A stretch of DNA of 64,000 bases, from NCBI RefSeq assembly GCF_009914755.1, contig NC_060925.1; one strand, written 5' to 3'. Shown here piece after piece: positions 61,022 to 64,000 of the stretch. Below the pieces are notes generated by a model. The model did no database searches. It was given only the letters and a program-made list of their open reading frames with translations, and was not told the origin of the DNA. Numbering within the stretch: position 1 is the first letter of the stretch; every line of letters begins with the position of its first letter. A program made the translations under genes and the position numbers. Source of the DNA: the human T2T-CHM13v2.0 reference genome, Homo sapiens.

Positions 61022-64000
61022 ACAAGATGTCAGAATATCCACTTACAGACTTTACAAACAGAGTGTTTCCTAACTGCTCTATGAACAGAAAGGTTAAACT
61101 CTGTGAGTTGAACGAACACATCACAACGCAGTTTGTGGGAATGATTCTGTCTAGTTTTGAAACGAAGATATTTCCTTTTCTGCCGTTGACCTTAAAGCGC
61201 TTGAAATCTACACTTGCAAATTGCACAAATAGAGCGTTTCAAATCTGCTCTGTCTAAGGGAACTTTCAACTCTGTGAGTTGAATGCACACAACACAAGGA
61301 AGTTACTGGGAATTCTTCTGTCTAGCCTTACATGAAAAAACCCGTTTCCAACGAAGGCCTCTAAGTGGTCAAAATATCCACGTGCAGACTTTACAAACAG
61401 AGTGTTTCCAAACCGCTGAATGAAAAGAAAAGTTAAACTCTGAGAGTTGAACGCACACATCACGCAGCAGTTTCTGAGAATGATTCTGTCTAGTTTTTAT
61501 ACGAAGATATTTCCTTTTCTGCCTTTGGCCCCAAAGCGCTTGAAATCTCCACTTGCAAATTCCACAAAAACAGTGTTTCAAATCTGCTCTCTCTAAATGA
61601 AAGTTCAACTCTGTCAGTTGAATACACACAACACAAGGAAGTTACTGAGAATTCTTCTGTCTAGCATAATATGAAGAAATCCCGTTTCCAACGAAGGCCT
61701 CAAAGGGGTCTGAATATCCACTTGCAGACTTTATAAACAGAGTGTTTACTAACTGCTCTATGAAAAGAAAGGTTAAACTCTGTGAGTTGAACACACACAT
61801 CACAAAGGAGTTTCTGAGAATCATTCTGTCTAGTTTTTCTACGAAGATATTTCCTTTTCTACTATTGACCTGAAAGCGGCTGAAATCTCCACTTGCAAAT
61901 TCCACAAAAAGAGTGTTTCAAGTCTGCTCTGTGTAAAGGATCGTTCAACTCTGTGAGTTGAATACACACAACACAAGGAAGTTACTGAGAATTCTTCTGT
62001 CTAGCAGAATAGGAAGAAATCCCGTTTCCAACGAAGGCCTCAAAGAGGTCTGAATATCCACTTGCAGACTTTACACACAGAGTGATTCCTAACTGCTGTA
62101 TGAAAAGAAAGGTTAAACTCTGTGAGTTGAACACACACATCACAAAGGAGTTTCTGAGAATCGTTCTGTCTAGTTTCTATAGGAAGATATTTCCTATTCT
62201 ACCATTGACCTCAAAGCGGCTGAAATCTCCACTTGCAAATTCCACAAAAAGAATGTTTCAAGTCTGCTCTGTGTAAAGGACCGTTCAACTCTGTGAGTTG
62301 AATACACACAACACAAGGAAGTTACTGAGAATTATTCTGTCTAGCAGAATATGAAGAAATCCCGTTTCCAACGAAGGCCCCAAAGAGGTCTGAATATCCA
62401 CTTGCAGACTTTACAAACAGAGTGTTTCCTAACTGCTCTATGAAAAGAAAAGTTAAACTCTGTGAGTTGAACGCACACATCACAAAGGAGTTTATGAGAA
62501 TCATTCTGTCTAGTCTTTATACGAAGATATTTCCTTTTCTACCATTGACCTCAAAGCGGCTGAAATCTCCACTTGCAAATTCCACAAAAAGAGTGTTTCA
62601 AGTCTGCTCTGTGTAAAGGATCGTTCAACTCTGTGAGTAGAATACACACAACACAAGGAAGTTACTGAGAATTCTTCTGTCTAGCAGAATATGAAGAAAT
62701 CCCGTTTCCAACGAAGGTCACAAGATGTCAGAATATCCACTTGCAGACTTTACAAACAGAGTGTTTCCTAACTGCTCTATGAACAGAAAGGTTAAACTCT
62801 GTGGGTTGAACGAACACATCACAACGCAGTTTGTGGGAATGATTCTGTCTAGTTTTGAAACGAAGATATTTCCTTTTCTGCCGTTGACCTTAAAGCGCTT
62901 GAAATCTACACTTGCAAATTGCACAAATAGAGTGTTTCAAATCTGCTCTGTCTAAGGGAACGTTCAACTCTGTGAGTTGAATGCACACAACACAAGGAAG
63001 TTACTGGGAATTCTTCTGTCTAGCCTTACATGAAAAAAACCCGTTTCCAACGAAGGCCTCTAAGTGGTCAAAATATCCACGTGCAGACTTTACAAACAGA
63101 GTGTTTCCAAACCGCTGAATGAAAAGAAAAGTTAAACTCTGAGAGTTCAACGCACACATCACGCAGCAGTTTCTGAGAATGATTCTGTCTAGTTTTTATA
63201 CGAAGATATTTCCTTTTCTGCCTTTGGCCCCAAAGCGCTTGAAATCTCCACTTGCAAATTCCACAAAAAGAGTGTTTCAAATCTGCTCTCTCTAAATGAA
63301 AGTTCAACTCTGTCAGTTGAATACACACAACACAAGGAAGTTACTGAGAATTCTTCTGTCTAGCATAATATGAAGAAATCCCGTTTCCAACGAAGGCCTC
63401 AAGGGGGTCTGAATATCCACTTGCAGACTTTATAAACAGAGTGTTTACTAACTGCTCTATGAAAAGAAAGCTTAAACTCTGTGAGTTGAACACACACATC
63501 ACAAAGGAGTTTCTAAGAATCATTCTGTCTAGTTTTTCTACGAAGATATTTCCTTTTCTACAATTGACCTCAAAGCGGCTGAAATCTCCACTTGCAAATT
63601 CCACAAAAAGAGTGTTTCAAGTCTGCTCTGTGTAAAGGATCGTTCAACTCTGTGAGTTGAATACACACAACACAAGGAAGTTACTGAGAATTCTTCTGTC
63701 TAGCAGAATAGGAAGAAATCCCGTTTCCAACGAAGGCCTCAAAGAGGTCTGAATATCCACTTGCAGACTTTACAAACAGAGTGTTTCCTAACTGCTCTAT
63801 GAAAAGAAAGGTTAAACTCTGTGAGTTGAACACACACATCACAAAGGAGTTTCTGAGAATAGTTCTGTCTAGTTTCTATAGGAAGATGTTTCCTATTCTA
63901 CCATTGACCTCAAAGCGGCTGAAATCTCCACTTGCAAATTCCACAAAAAGAATGTTTCAAGTCTGCTCTGTGTAAACGATCGTTCAACTCTGTGAGTTGA

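Larger units (their letters stand above)
1..64000 (-). repeat. Alpha-satellite higher-order repeat array, SF1 dimeric (J1/J2-type), probably S1C1/5/19H1L (D1Z7/D5Z2/D19Z3) family
   Basis: Seen: strict ~340-bp period (e.g. ttactgagaa at 1449, 1789, 2129, 2469) made of two related ~170-bp monomers, with a CENP-B box in alternate monomers and an EcoRI site (gaattc) in most dimers. Known: a 340-bp EcoRI dimer with alternating A/B boxes defines SF1. Inference: the 1/5/19 family call rests on recognising near-identical dimer runs plus two divergent dimers, and is less certain (~0.75) than the alpha-satellite call. The strand given is the one on which the CENP-B box reads conventionally. Confidence 0.98.

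Noticed and set aside
90-63975. Hundreds of 60-108 aa ORFs on both strands (MFPNCSMKRK..., MILRNSFVMC..., MCIQLTELNF...)
   Set aside because: They are translations of the satellite recurring at 340-bp steps, many with non-ATG starts, overlapping in several frames and freely broken by stops and frameshifts. No recognisable domain. They were useful only as positional markers.
1-64000. CRISPR-like or other repeat-spacer system
   Set aside because: There are no unique spacers. The sequence between the palindromic motifs is itself repeated at high identity, and there are no cas-like ORFs.
1-64000. Transposon insertion (L1/Alu), non-alpha satellite block or inversion
   Set aside because: No non-alphoid stretch, poly-A tail or strand switch was seen. 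Every CENP-B box I read has the same orientation.
1-64000. Assignment to a specific chromosome or to the kinetochore (CENP-A) site
   Set aside because: Chromosomes 1, 5 and 19 share this HOR family, so chromosome-specific k-mer comparison is needed. Kinetochore position is epigenetic and needs methylation or CENP-A data.
1-64000. Dimer order as an information-bearing code
   Set aside because: The order is adequately explained by a 16-mer plus deletions and duplications between near-identical dimers. Nothing supports an encoded message or a novel system.

Overview
The whole 64 kb window is one uninterrupted, single-orientation array of primate (human-type) centromeric alpha-satellite. It consists of ~171-bp monomers arranged as ~188 dimers of ~340 bp, with one CENP-B box per dimer. 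The alternating A/B-box dimer and its sequence fit suprachromosomal family 1, most likely the live HOR family shared by chromosomes 1/5/19 (D1Z7/D5Z2/D19Z3). I cannot assign the chromosome by eye. I found no genes, transposons, inversions or CRISPR arrays, and all listed ORFs are repeat artefacts. By eye, eight dimer classes can be told apart (my labels A-H). The modal higher-order repeat is a 16-mer ABCDEFGH of 2720 bp, interleaved with 8-, 10-, 12-, 14-, 18-, 22- and 24-mer variants. Private SNVs and indels reveal nested recent duplications (offsets 1360, 2039, 2715/2720, 4080, 6800, 8499, 12251, 12591 and 18711 bp) and interleaved HOR lineages. I see no evidence of a new biological system. 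The interest lies in the readable record of array evolution. All counts are manual reads and need confirming by alignment.
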